From positions 1,240,001-1,304,000 of the forward strand of contig NW_027270984.1 in assembly GCF_040938485.1 (NCBI RefSeq): a DNA stretch of 64,000 bases, given 5' to 3'. Of this stretch, positions 13,090 to 27,099 are shown one piece after another (position 1 is the stretch's first letter; each line of letters opens with the position of its first letter). Under the pieces are notes generated by a model that was given only the letters and a program-made list of their open reading frames with translations, did no database searches and was not told where the DNA came from. The stretch is from Diadema antillarum (lineage: Eukaryota). The position numbers were made by a program, and so were the translations under genes.

Positions 13090-16000
13090 CTGTGAGAGGC
13101 TGAAAGCAGAGCTTAAATCGTGCTTCCCAAAAAATATGAAAGTATCATATTTCAAATTGACTTCTTGAAGTTCGCGCATGGTTCAATCATGAGATGGGAT
13201 GTTTCAGATATATGTAGCATGTCACAAATCTGTATTTCTCAGAAATGTGTGGTCAAAACAAATAAATATCTATCATGACATCAGGGAAGGTTTTGTTTGG
13301 CAAACAGCATGAAGAAGAAAATTTTGAGTAGCTCCATGCACTAAGCAGCTTGGTCTACAGTGATGAATGCTACCTACATGTATAAGTGAAGCAAAGCGAA
13401 CCTACTCTTCACATTCAGTCCGTAACAATGGCATTAGTGTTGGTTGTTTTGGTGACATGACATTTGCTCCTCCGATAGTTGCTCAGCTCTTATCTTCTCA
13501 AGGACTTAGAATTAAGGGTTAGGGTTGTGATGGGTCTAAGGTTCAGTTTGATGTCAGGATTAGGATTAGGATAAGATGTTTGTGGATAGAATCTACATTT
13601 GGCTTAGTGCGGAGATATTTCATAGGAGCAATTGTCGAAGGAGCAAATGTTATGGAATGTTTGTTTCAGGCATATATATCATAATCCCGACAATTCTTTT
13701 TTATATCACACTACATCTTCTTTCTTCTCACAATGTACATATGAAAATGCATATCATGAAACATAAATCAAACATATCTACTGGGTCTGAACAAAATTTC
13801 ACAGATGATGCAAATAACAATTGCAGCAAACTTGATAAAGCACATGTCATGCTCACAATTACGAGAACAATGTGCTCCTATCTAAATTGAGTGTCTTTAT
13901 AAAGTTATATTCTTTGTGCCCAGACACACAGCTTTAATTTGCTCAGCTTTTTTAAAAAAAAATCAGCATTCTGTAATTTCTGTAAACTTAATAAAGTTGT
14001 AAAGTTTCTATTTTCTCATTTCTATTTTAGCATTGCGCCTCAGTCAAACAGGGAGGCCAAGGTAACACAAGAGGGATAAAGGGATTATATAATCTCTATA
14101 TTCATTGACAAAAAGTTTCCAATACATCTGTGCCAAATGGGCAAAGGAAGCACTCCTACCAATTGAACAAAGCACAGAAAGAGGGTAAACTCTACTCCCT
14201 CGGATGGTTTCGTCAACTTCAGGTTTATAACATTTTTGGTGAGATAATGATAAACCTCTTATGAAATATGAAAGAGCATGTAATTCAAAGAGGGATTCAA
14301 TATTTATTTGATGAAAACAGGTTTTGAAATGGCAGAGATATCCAAAACAGAGCAATCCTAATAAAAGGTTGGGCCCACCTTTTATAAGGATTGCTGTTTT
14401 CCTTTGTTTGTTTGTTTTTTTGTTTGTTTTTTGATGTTTCAGTCATTCCAAAACCTGTTTTCATCTGACTAAGCATTGGATTCCTCAGAGAATGGTATAC
14501 TCTGTATCATTTCATTACTGGTGTCTTGGTATCTCGCAAAAAGTTAAAATACCAATTCTCATCTTCGCCAATACTACCTATACCATCCCTTTTAACACCT
14601 GGGTGACAAATGACACTGTTGTACTGTTGTTCAACATTTTCACAATGTACTTTCACAATGTTGCATTCATATGAAAGATACAGGTTGTAATACCTGCACA
14701 TTTGTATCAAAAGTGTCCTTCAATTTTCCTTCAAGGGAATAGTTATATGAATTCAAGGGTACAGTTATACGAATTGAACTCTGACAATGACAATGACTTT
14801 GGCAATGAACTGTGGCTACCATCAGAGTTAAACAGAGCGTAATAATGAATGAATACAGGAAATGGTTGGGAATATTTACCAGCAACAATATTTCTTTTTT
14901 TTTGGGGGGGGGGGAGGGGGGCTTAGGGTGAAGTCTTTTGATGAATGACAGATGCTTCCCAATCAATCATTCAACCAAACAAAACAAAAACATTTTTTTT
15001 TTTTTAGAAGCATCACTGTTTCGACATTGACCTCATGTTAAGTACTTTAATGCTTGTAAATTGCAAAATGTTGTAATATCACTTGCATAAGAACTGTATT
15101 TCTGGAGCATCATATGACAGTGGAGAAGGGATGGACGGAATTCAGGTGATGTATTTATCAAAACTTATTGGGCAGAGGATTACATGGCACTTCTTGCTAT
15201 GCTCTCTAAATGTGGCAAGCCAGAGAAGCTCAAATTACTCAGTCTTGGTGAAGATTTTCCACCTATCGGCCCTATGTGTAATGTAAAATCATGCAGACCA
15301 TTTGTGGCTATTCAACCACAATTGAGTTGTGCACTATAAAAACACATGAAAAATATCTATTTTTTTTTTTCATCTTAGGATTACCTGTACAGCGACAGTC
15401 CCAGCTCATTTGAAGAGCATCTTAAAGTCTAAGGGATTCTTCTTTTTTTTTTCTTTCATTTCCTCTATAAACAATTTTAGTTACCGTTATGGCTGGAGTC
15501 AAACAACCATCCCTCCAATACGTGACACATTTTGTTTGAAATTCATTGGGGAAATGTTGCATGTGAAGCTGAATTCTATTGTCTAGGTTCTGTGTTGGGG
15601 TGAGGGCTTTGTCGCGTTAAGAGTGAGTAAATGTACTTATCAACTTTCGTTCAATTTTAGTGCTTACTGCCACCTGGTGAAGGATTTAGTCTTAAAATTT
15701 GACAGGTGAAGGCTTAATACTTTTGTTCAATCTTTGCAGAGGAAGTTTTGAGTTAAGGTGTGGGACATGACTCCTGACCACATGTAAGGATACTGATTGA
15801 CTTCAAATGCCAGTGCTGGGAGTTTGACAAGGTGTCAGATATAAACCTGGACAGCATTTGTAAGAGTTACGTGTACATAGGGCTCAGATTCATTATACTG
15901 GTATACAATTTCCTTTATCATGACTGTCGAGGTGTAGATATAACCATGCCACCATTTCTTATAGCACTTTTGTCCTGGGCTACCTCCATTTCTTATGTCA

Positions 16001-19000
16001 AAGGAGATTTTTTTTTTCTCTTCCTCATCACAGAAAGGGATTCTGAACAGCAAATCAGTATATCAAATTAGCAGCACAAATGTCTGCTCAAGAAAGAAAC
16101 GACAAGACTTAAACGGACTGTACAGTTCTTGTTGAGGTGAGGATTTAGCTTTTAACGTTTTGCGAGATATTCAGAAACCATTCTATGAAATGTTAAAGAG
16201 AGTACAATTCTAAGGGGAATCATAAGTTTATTTGATGAAAATCGGTTTTGAAATGGCTGAGATATCAAAAAACAAGGTAAATCAAAGATATCCTAATAAA
16301 AGGCGTGGCCTGTCACCTTTTATCATTATCACTTTTTAGGATAGCTCACCCATTTGGAAACCGATTTTCATCAAATAAACGTTGACTCCTTCTTAAAATT
16401 ACATGCTCTTTCATATTTCGTAAGAGGTTTCTCAATATCTCACTTAGGAATGTTATAAACGTGAATTCATACTTCAACCTGTACTGTATAGTCCCTGTAA
16501 AAGCCATTTCGGAGTTAGATCATTTGCACATGGGTGCAAATGACCCTTTTTTTTTCTTAGTTAGTTAGGCACTTCAATAGTTTTCAAAGTGACATAATGT
16601 ATTTACAACCTTGGCTAACGTTTACAGTTTTATCAATCACATTCAAAACAAAGGACGATTAACTTGCATAGACCAGGTGACCACAATGGTCTGTCAATTA
16701 ACAGTTGGGAGAGCATCCATTTCATTAGTATGAATCAACTGTATCAACACATGTTTGTTTGGTTGTTGTTTTTTTTTGGTGATTATTGCCACATACTACT
16801 TTTTCTGTCATGTGGATGTGCTATCAAGGTCCATTTATAGGGATTACTTGAATAATCATTACATCACATATGCTATCCTCAGTAAATTTAAAAAAATAAC
16901 ACTCCCTGTCGGTACAAATGACCTTTTTCTGCTCATAATGTACAACATGGAATCCTCAACTGACTTTTTCTTTAGATGTACAGCGTACATTTGAGGCTAC
17001 AACTCGTAGGGGGTGCTGGTCACAGACTATGTTATTGGCATCCAACAATGAGCTTCTTTTCATTTCCTGCTTGTCTCGGAAAATTAGATTGTACACCCTC
17101 AGGGCGAGTGGCATGAAAAGGACACTCTTTTGTCTTACCTGCTCTGAAGTGTTGCCAGAACTCATGTTTTCCTCTCAAAAAATGATCTTGGCACTAGAAA
17201 AAAAAAAATGTTCTCTTCAGCAATACAATGCACCACCACAACTGAAGTTGAATCTCCTGGCCGTAACAGTTCAAAGTAGATCTCATCCAACTTCTCTCAG
17301 TATTTGCAGACTTGTTTAAAGTCCCGGTATCAACCCATGATGGTTAAGATTCATGGAATCTCATTACAGAACGGCATTTCCCGAAATGGTCTCTTCCACC
17401 TAAAGGCCTACTTTATATCCTGGAAACAATGCTTAGAGATTTCCAGTCCATCACACAATACACTTTGTGTCTATAGTGACTACTTCATCAACAGTACTTC
17501 CGTTCAAACATTTAACAAGAAAAGAAATGCACAAAATTCCTCATGATGATTTTGTGACACGTACTCATCAACATCCTTGAGGCGCTCCAACTTCTCCCTG
17601 ACAAGTTGATATACTCATTCAAACCACATCCTGTGGGGGCACACGTATCAACTCGGGACTGCATCACCTCAACACAAGTTTAGCTGAAGACGCTATCCTC
17701 TCAAACGGCAATCAAACTGTCCACGGGAAGATTGTGCTATACACTGTGTGTGGTACTAATTGAGGTAATGTCTGTATTCAAGAGAGAAGAGACACACAAT
17801 AAGTCTTCAACCCCATTCAACAGTCTCGCACACTGGGATTGAAGTATCTGCTTGGACTCCGGGCCGACTACTGATCCACTTGTATCAATTGCTTCCAGTG
17901 AAACACATCGGTTGCAAATTCTCTATGTTCTCTGAGTGGTACAAGTTATGTTTTTCGAGTCCTCTAGCAGAAGTACCACATTTTTACATTCACAGCCAAA
18001 TTTAGCTGCTGCGACAGCCTTCAGACATACATGGAAGCTTTTGTTAAAAAGCTAATGAAAGCCTCTTCCTTTGTTACAAACAACAAAAACAGACGGAAAT
18101 GCTGACTGCATTGTATTTTTTCCCCCACACTAATCCTCACACTTCAGACAGCCACCACACGTCATGTTCAGTCATGTTCGGCTTAATTCAACGATATCCT
18201 GGTTAAGGCGATCCGATGCATTTGAAGAACACCTGTCTGTATTGCACAACTACAGCAGCCACCGGTTCTCTCCTGTGCTCAAGTTTGTTAGAGGCGTTGT
18301 TTAGAGTGCAACGTTACTGTTAACTGCTATGTGCTCAAAGCTAGCTTCATCCCACTCACTCACTATTCATGCGTCGCACTTAACAAAAGGGGAAAAACAA
18401 GAGGGACTATTCTCAGCAACCAGACCCTGGGATCAATTGTTGGAAATCAATGGTGTGCATCCAACCAATGATGACTAACTAAGCAGTGATTGCTACCAGT
18501 ACCATATATTTCTCATCAAACTTTAAAACATTTCATATTCTCACGATAGAATAATGCCCAAGGCCAAAACTGATGCATCACAAAAAAAAAATGAAGTTTG
18601 GATATTAGTTTATATTGTTGATATTACAAAATTTGTATGTGAAGAGGAGTCGAACCAACCAGCCATATGGTGTGTACTATGCAAGAGTTATCCAACTGCA
18701 AAGGGTCTGTATGCTGAGCCTAGCTGAGTTATGCAATAGCACACCCCAAGCTCTCAGTTTCGCCCCTTTGAGCAGGTCCCAGGGGGGTTGAACACACCCT
18801 CCTTCCAATGCCATTAACCCACCCAACTTCTCAACTTCTCAAACACTCAAATGTCTTTTGTGCACTGCTGCCATAATCAGAGATCACGCAAATCGATCAA
18901 TAGCCGGACCATACAAACTGTGCATTGTTGTTTTAATCCTGAAAGAACTTTACCTCGCGATTTGGTCGATTGGGTGGATGGCGCTGTTTGGCAGAGGCAT

Positions 19001-20249
19001 GGGTATCAATAGTGGCCCACTTAGGCTTGGATTCTTTATTTCTAAAGTTTTTTCCCCCCTTTTTAAGCACTGGCCACTTTTAATCAATGTCATTTTCAAG
19101 CACTGCTCAAAGAAGTTTGTGGCATACAAGTGTAATAAGTAATAATAATAAGTATTTGAGTAATCATATTTGATGCATATGTGTATTAAAAGTCAGCTGT
19201 ATAACAAAACATCCTACAGCTGTACCATGTACAGATTTCAATAAAGCCTAAGACATATGGAGATATCACTATTTTTCTCAATAGACAATATCTGTAGATG
19301 TTTTATTCTAGGAACAACATTGTATCTATTGTTCACATTTTTTATATATTATTTAATAATACTTAGCACTGAATATACTGATTAATATTTTCTTTTCTAT
19401 TCCTAACTCACATTTTAGAACTATTTTGAAGCACTAAAGCTAGGTTTTTGTTTCACCTTCAAATGGTAAATAAAGCCTTTAGCCAATTGAGGACGAGTCC
19501 TGAGTATACTCAGGCAGGTGTCTATGGGAAATGCGTGTTGTAGCAAAATCAGTCCACCCTAAATGGGTTAAAGGTTGAGGGATGTAGAAGAAAGCTGCAA
19601 GGTTGTAATAGAGGGGAGAGCAACCTCTCTGAATCTCCCTAACTTTCCTCATTTATGACTAATTCTTATTATACACTTCTACCATTCTGTTCACAACAGT
19701 TTATTCTCTTCACTCAAGTCAACCTTTACCTATTAAGAACTGGACACTCTATATATCTCAGTAACAAGCAGATACAATGTGTATTCTCAACATACAGATT
19801 TTAAAAAATTGCATATTTATCATTTTTGAACATCTATGCATTACTCTGATGTTCAAATTTTAGAGCTGACTTTAAAATGAGAGTAAGTTTATAATGCACA
19901 AACTAAAGGGATATTCTCAGTCAATTATGTTATTGCCTTTTCTGATTAAAATGTACAACAATGCGATTAAAGACATAATTTACCATTTGCAGATGAAACA
20001 AAGACCCAGCATTAGTGCTTCAAAATAGTTTTAAAATATGAGTTAGGGATAAAAACAACCACTGTAAAAATTTGAATCAGTAAAATTGAAGTTAAGTACT
20101 GTTAAATATATACAAAATGTGAACAGTTATAATAAAAATGCTTCCAGACTAAACCGTCTACAGTTAAGGTTTATTGAGAAAAATACTGATATTGTCTTAT
20201 CTTTTATGCCTTATTGCGGAAGTTTTATGTGGTAGGATGTTATGAGGTA

Positions 20250-21066
20250 CAGGCCTCGAATTAACCGACGACCACCGACGGCCATGGCCGTCGGTGCCCC
20301 TCTCGTTGGCCGCAATGCCTTTTGTTTTTTGATCAAAGTTACGGCCAAAAAAAATGTGCCCTTTTTCTTGGGGCCGTGGTGCCCTTTTAGAATGAAAGTT
20401 ATTATTTATGACGTATGATATGCCCTTTCTCAAAGTCTCTTTAATAAGCTTGAACAACTTTCCTGATCTCAAATATCATACCTTCAGTTCACTCGCGTCC
20501 CGATGTATCTGATTTAAACTCAAAGTATCTTTCCGAGATACGAGACGACGTGTACGTACATGTACGCCCGACCGGCTTTTACCGTCCCGACTGCCTCCGC
20601 AGCGCAGCGGCCGCGAGTATGTACTAGCTAGGCAGTGCATACTAGTATTCAGATAGAGTAGTAAAGAGTGAACTCCAAGTTCACCAAGAAAAAAGAAAAA
20701 TCCCACGATGCCAAGGTGTGCCAGACTGGGGAATGGGGAGGGGTGGAGAGAGAGAGAGAGACCAATCAACAGAAGAAACCGCGCGTACTGGCGCATTCTT
20801 GGAGGTCATGAACTGTCTGTCACAAACTAATCATAGCAATCTACACGCGCACGCAAATTCCTTTGCCTTGTGGTTTTGCCAGCCAGCTGTCGGAATGTGC
20901 TTTGAAGTTTCATGGCAGCCTGGCTGGCCTGAAAGGGTGTCGAGTTTCCATCAATACCTACTGTTGTTTTATTCCTGTTTTAAAAAATGTTGTTTCACCT
21001 GATAGAAACGCGGAGATCGGGAATGTGTTACAGCTGTAGGGAAGAGGTTTTTGTTGTGTGTTGCAC

Positions 21067-21104
<38 letters not shown>

Positions 21105-21845
21105 TTTGTTTTTCTCGGTTTGTTTTTCTTCTTTCTTTTTTCATAAACACCAAACATGCCCTTTCCAATGTGGCCTTGGTGCCCCTCTGACTGACTTAAA
21201 GGACAAGTTCACCTTCATAAACATAAGGATTGAGAGAATGTAGCAATATTAGTAGAACACATCATTGAAAGTTTGAGGAAAATCAGACAATCCGTTCAAA
21301 AGTTATGAATTTTTGAAGTTTTTGTGCAGTACCCGCTGGATGAGAAGACTACTGCAGTGTATGAATAACTTAGATGTCACATGCGTACAACAATATAAGG
21401 AAAATATAAAGAGAATGTCACAAAATTCCATCTTTTGAAAAAAGTACACATTCCCCTGACTCGTTACCGACAAATGTTATGGGTAATATCATTCCCCCTG
21501 CCTTTCGAAAGAGGCAAGTCAAGTGCTCTTTTATTATGCGAAAAAAGTGAAAATATGTTGAATTTTCTTTTACATTTTCTTTATACTGTTGTACGCATAT
21601 GACTCACAAGCTGTAGTAGTCTCCTCATCCAGCGGTTCCAACACAAAAATTTAAAAAATTCATAACTTTTGCATCGATTGTCCAATTTTCCTCAAACTTT
21701 CACTGATGTGTTCTATTAATATTGTTGCATTTTCTCAATCCTTATGTTTATGAAGGTGAACTTGTCCTTTAAGTGCCCTGGCCTCTTGGAAAAAGTGCCC
21801 TTTTCTAAATGGCCTTGCCCCTCCAAAATCCTATTTCGAGGCCTG
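20250..21845. mobile_element. hAT-like non-autonomous element with apparent 6-bp TSD
   Basis: TIR CAGGCCTCGAA / TTCGAGGCCTG, GAGGTA immediately on both sides, GTGCCC-rich subterminal repeats; contains the MITE at 21196-21772. Confidence 0.55.
21196..21772. mobile_element. Kolobok-type MITE, copy 1 (577 bp including TTAA)
   Basis: TTAA-AGGACAAGTTCACCTTCATAAACATAAGGATTGAG...CTCAATCCTTATGTTTATGAAGGTGAACTTGTCCT-TTAA with long TIRs. Confidence 0.8.
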
Positions 21846-22129
21846 GAGGTACAACAAAATTATGCATATGCATGATATGTGATATCTTGAACACTTTTAA
21901 AATCACTGCTCCCGAGGGTAAACAGGACCTTTAAGGCTGATCCATATAATCTGTTTGTTGATTTTATATAAATCAGGAAAATTTCTTATTTCTGTAACTT
22001 TTTCTTGGGGGGGGGGGGGGGAAGGGATGGGGGTCCATTTCTGATTTTAAAAAAATCCAGTTCTATTTGTTGTACAGAATGTCCAAAAAAAAATTACAAT
22101 CAAATTCTTGCATTGATAACACCCAATAT

Positions 22130-22510
22130 GATTAAACTGTCTAAATGCCACTTCAGGGTCTTAAAACATAACATCTTAGCTCTAATTTGCAGAAAACCCC
22201 ATTCAATTTGGTTAAGCAGTCACAGAGAAATGTGGAATATTGTAAAGCATGTCATGAGTCTGATTCTTCCAAGTTTAGCACTTCGATGCTTTTGTGTGTG
22301 AATACAATAGACAGAACTTGGAGGGGAGAGATTCTTGACATCCTCTACAAAATTCCTCATTTCTCTTTGACCACTGACGCAAATCGAATGGGGTTTTCTG
22401 TAAGGTGTGGGCAACGAGTTACGGTTTCATATCCTGAATTTGTATTTGGATTGATTCACTATTTTTAAAGATATCAATGCGGAGGGTACCGTTGTAATTT
22501 TTTTGGGACA
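22130..22510. repeat. interspersed repeat, homologous to 26730-27315 without the MITE insertion
   Basis: shared GGGTCTTAAAA...GCAGAAAACCCCATTCA...AAGTTTAGCACTT...GACAGAACTTGGAGG blocks. Confidence 0.6.
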
Positions 22511-23469
22511 TTGGTATAATCAATTCAATTTCAATTCAAAGTTTATTTCATTTTTCAACAAAAACATATGTTTCACTTCATTTAGTAACAGAAAATAAGG
22601 TAAGTAGAACATACATTGTATTGCAAGAAAGAAACAGAAGTGATCAAAGTGAAATACATGTATACCGTTGTTTTAAATGCGAAAAATGGAGGGACCCACT
22701 AAAAAGACAGAGCTTGTAGTATGTGGGTCCCTCTGGAAAAGAACATCAACGAAAAGATAAATTGAACCGTCGTATATACAAAAAAAAATAACAAAGTGGA
22801 AGAAGTCTGCTCTACACCTTGAGCATAGAGTGGAACATGGAGTACTGCAAGTAATTAACACACATTTTACAGAGATCTCGTAAGAAATACAATTTCATCC
22901 ATTTTTCATTTTGTTTTCAGTCTGTTTGTTTTTGCACTTGACTGAGCACTTCGTGCCGGAGAACTCTTTTCTCTGCATCCTATTCAAATCAAGGCCGCAA
23001 ATGATGAGCACTCGAGTATATGGACAGATTAGACTTTAAAAAGTCATTGTAATTCAGTGCAACAATCATTACTTTTCTTCTTGACTACCGAATAATAACA
23101 ACAACAAAAATTGTCTGCCTCATATCCAAAACAATGCACCCAAAAATATCTTAGTTGGAAATGACTTCAATTCATTCAATAGATGACATTTGAGAAGTAT
23201 GTAGATGATACCCTTTCTATCTTATTTCTGCCATGTACTGAAAGCCCACACAATATCCATCAGAAATGACTGTATTCAACCCATTCTATGACATTTGAAG
23301 AAAGCTGAATCATCAGCAGCAGGATATTCTTTTCAAGGAGTGCTCAATACATTAAAGCAGAAACAATCCTTATAAAGATAGACAACAAATATGACTGCAT
23401 ACACAGACATATGAATCCAATAAACATATTACTGGCTCTGGCTGCCTTAATTGTTAGTCCTTCCACACT

Positions 23470-24046
23470 TTAAAGGACAAGTTCACCTTCATAAACATAA
23501 GGATTGAGAGAATGTAGCAATATTAGTAGAACACATCATTGAAAGTTTGAGGAAAATCAGACAATCCGTTCAAAAGTTATGAATTTTTGAAGTTTTTGTG
23601 CAGTAACCGCTGGATGAGAAGACTACTGCAGTGTATGAATAACTTGGATGTCACATGCGTACAACAATATAAGGAAAATATAAAGAGAATTTCACAAAAT
23701 TCCATCTTTTGAAAAAAGTACACATTCCCCTGACTCGTTACCGACAAATGTTATTGGTAATATCATTCCCCCTGCCTTTAGAAAGAGGCAAGTCAAGTGC
23801 TCTTTTATTAAGCGAAAAAAGTGAAAATATGTTGAATTTTCTTTTACATTTTCTTTATACTGTTGTACGCATATGACTCACAAGCTGTAGTAGTCTCCTC
23901 ATCCAGCGGTTCCAACACAAAAATTTTAAAAATTCATAACTTTTGCATCGATTGTCCAATTTTCCTCAAACTTTCACTGATGTGTTCTACTAATATTGTT
24001 GCATTCTCTCAATCCTTATGTTTATGAAGGTGAACTTGTCCTTTAA
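23470..24046. mobile_element. Kolobok-type MITE, copy 2 (577 bp including TTAA)
   Basis: same length, orientation and nearly the same sequence as 21196-21772, with its own TTAA TSD. Confidence 0.8.
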
Positions 24047-26418
24047 TCAAACCCTTGATTTGCATTCCTTAACTGCAAACCCTGCTGAGGGGAGGAGAGA
24101 TTTTTGTCTGACAATTATGAATAGTAAATCATGTGCTGGTATGCTGGTAAATATCATAAAAGAAAAGCAGTAACTTTAAAAGAATCATAACCACTGTTTC
24201 GAATAATCTTTGTCTGTGCTGGTGGTTATGTTGGTACAGTCTCCATAAACAGGTAAAAAGTTCTTGACATTATGCATGTCTCCCATATTCATTTTAAGTC
24301 TGGGTGATTTATGAAACACTACATACCTGCATTCCGCTGTTTGCGTTTGCTGTACCATAACATGCACATCTCGCATTGCTAAATAAAATCACATGTTCCA
24401 AGAATGCCGATCCGTTATTATGCACAAGCCAATAACTTATGTATTATTTTTACTTGAGATATCTCAGAAATGTATGAAACAAAACACAAACAAATATTCT
24501 TGTTTTATTGTACAAAAAAAAAATAACAACCAAATGCAAGTGAAATTTTGTGAAAATATATCTAAGAAAAGACAAGTGTGCTTGAAATGAAAAGAAAAGA
24601 GATTATAGTCAGAACTCAGTGCACACAAAATTAAATTGAAGAGAGTCTGTGTGAGCTTCAATTGAACGACAAACATCAGTCTCTTGTTATATTGCTATTA
24701 ATAGCTTTGCAGAGAACACACATGACAACATAAATTAGACAATGCAGGGGATGTTTTGATATCTTTGTCTTTTTAATCAAACAATTCAGCTGAGACAGTT
24801 TGATTTACTCTGATTTGGTACACAGACTCTCAATAGGGAGAAAACTGCATGCACGCAGCAACCTATGAATATGAAGAACTTGAACAAACTGGTGTAAAAA
24901 AGGTTCAAGGCTACAAAATGAACAATCGGCATTCTTTTAAAGCTGATATGGAACAGTGGGAAATGAATATTTTTCTTTTCATTTCTTTGAAAATAAACTT
25001 AAGGGATGTAGATGATGTATTACAACCTTATCAACAAAATGAAGAAAAAAATGATATCTTTTTAGGATAATGAGAGAGCACTTAAGTATGAGGAATAACA
25101 TCTGCCATATTTACACTTGTAAATATATCTCTCTAATAAGTAGAAGAAATGCATAATATTCATAAAGTGAAAATTTCTGATTTTATTGGGGGTGATTTCT
25201 TGAAATCATGGAACTACAATTTTATTCTGTTACCATATTTTATTTCATTCTATTGTATTTGTCTATATATTTATTTCTTGTGGAGTTTCAATCCCAGGAG
25301 GGCAGTCCATGGAATTCAAAAAGACTTGAAAAAAATCTCTCAGAAATTCAGAACCTATAGCTTGTCCACTTTTTTTCAAACTTTCACTGAGTGTTCTATT
25401 ACTTTTTTTTTAGCATTCATTATTTAAAATCCAGTTTGTTTGGGGGAAACTTCTACTTCGAGATCCCACGATCATCTCATTTCCTGTCTGATTATTGTGT
25501 CATCTTATAATCTGTTACTTCTCTGTTTGTTTGACCTAACTTTCTTCATTATGGACTTTTTGATAATAAAGTGGAGTTTCCTGATCCCGATTTGGAAGCA
25601 AAGCATTTTCCAAAAGAAAACAACAACAAACAAACAAACAATCATTTCAAGCAATCAATATGTAAATTGTGCTGTGATGTTCATAAATGTTTGAACTGGT
25701 GCCGCAAGATGGCAGGCTTACCTAAACATGAATTCACTTGTGTACTCATCAAGACAAGGGAGAAAATGCCACCTTTGTCAAAAACAAAATGAAGCATTCT
25801 CCCCTGTGGCGATCGCAAAGCTATATCCTGCTCTATTAACTTCAGATCACAAAGCCTGGAGGCATCATGTGATGATAAAACGATAAACATGCAACCAGAA
25901 AGACTGCATCGCCATCAATTCACCTTCAACTCATGGCGAGCGGCCACGACTAAAGCGCAGAGGAACAAATACATATTGATATTATACATTTCCTCTCACT
26001 TAGCTTTGTAGATTTAATCAGCATCTCAAATGGCCAGGGGATTGACGGAACCCAGTTTTCTCAAAACGTTGATACGAATGATCCACATTTTCGGGAGTTG
26101 TGCCGTCTCCTGGATAGAGTGAAAGAGAGCCACTTGGGGATCACAGCTGAGGCTGTTTCATTAACCGCTGAGGCCGGTTTCTCGATGAGTTATGGGGTTA
26201 GAACAACTCTTGGCAAGAGGCGCAGAGAAGGAGAAGAAAGCTGTGGACAAACACCCTCGCTGCACACCGCTGCATCGCACATGCAGAGCAGACATAATTA
26301 GCAAGGATATAACTGGGTCATTGAATTATAGGCTAACTGAGAGGGAATTGAGTGAAGATTATAGATTATCTCTCTCAAAATTGGTTTGAAAATTACCCCT
26401 TTCTTTTTTGCTCAGAAT

Positions 26419-26449
<31 letters not shown>

Positions 26450-26887
26450 TATATATATATATAGTGAGTCTGTTTTTCGCAAATACACTGTAGGGACTTC
26501 ACGACGATTTTGAGAGGGGTTGAATTTGCGATCACGGAGTACAGTACTGAATGGAGAAATGTATGTGTGCACGTCACATTTATGTCCGGATCAGAGTTAA
26601 TATTTCAATGTGTCTTTAAATTCAAGGATAGCACCTGACTCATGAAATTCGCGAAAATAAAAACCTAAAAAAATATTCGTCATATACAGTATATATACAA
26701 AATTTTTTTATTGATTAAACCGTCTGAATGCTACATGTATTTCTGGGTCTTAAAATGTAACATCTTAGCTCTATTTTGCAGAAAACCCCATTCACTTTGG
26801 TTAAGTGGTCACAGAGAAATGTGGATCGTTGTAAAGCGATGGATCTGATTCTTCCAAGTTTAGCACTTGAATGCTCTTGGAACCGCA

Positions 26888-27099
26888 TACTGTAAAATGA
26901 GGAATGTTCACGTGCATTTTGATTTCGCGAATTTCAAGAGAGCCAACACTCGCAAATTTAAAATGCACACTAAAGTTCTTGTCTACACTATATGCATTGA
27001 ATGTTAGAGGCAACTCGCGAAAATTTCATGCTGCAAAGAAAGGCTGTCGGCTCCAATTTGCGAAAATTTCATGCCGCGTAAACATTGCGTTTTACAGTA
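26888..27099. mobile_element. Tc1/mariner-type MITE, full length
   Basis: TA-CTGTAAAA...TTTTACAG-TA; inserted in the repeat at 26730-27315. Confidence 0.75.
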
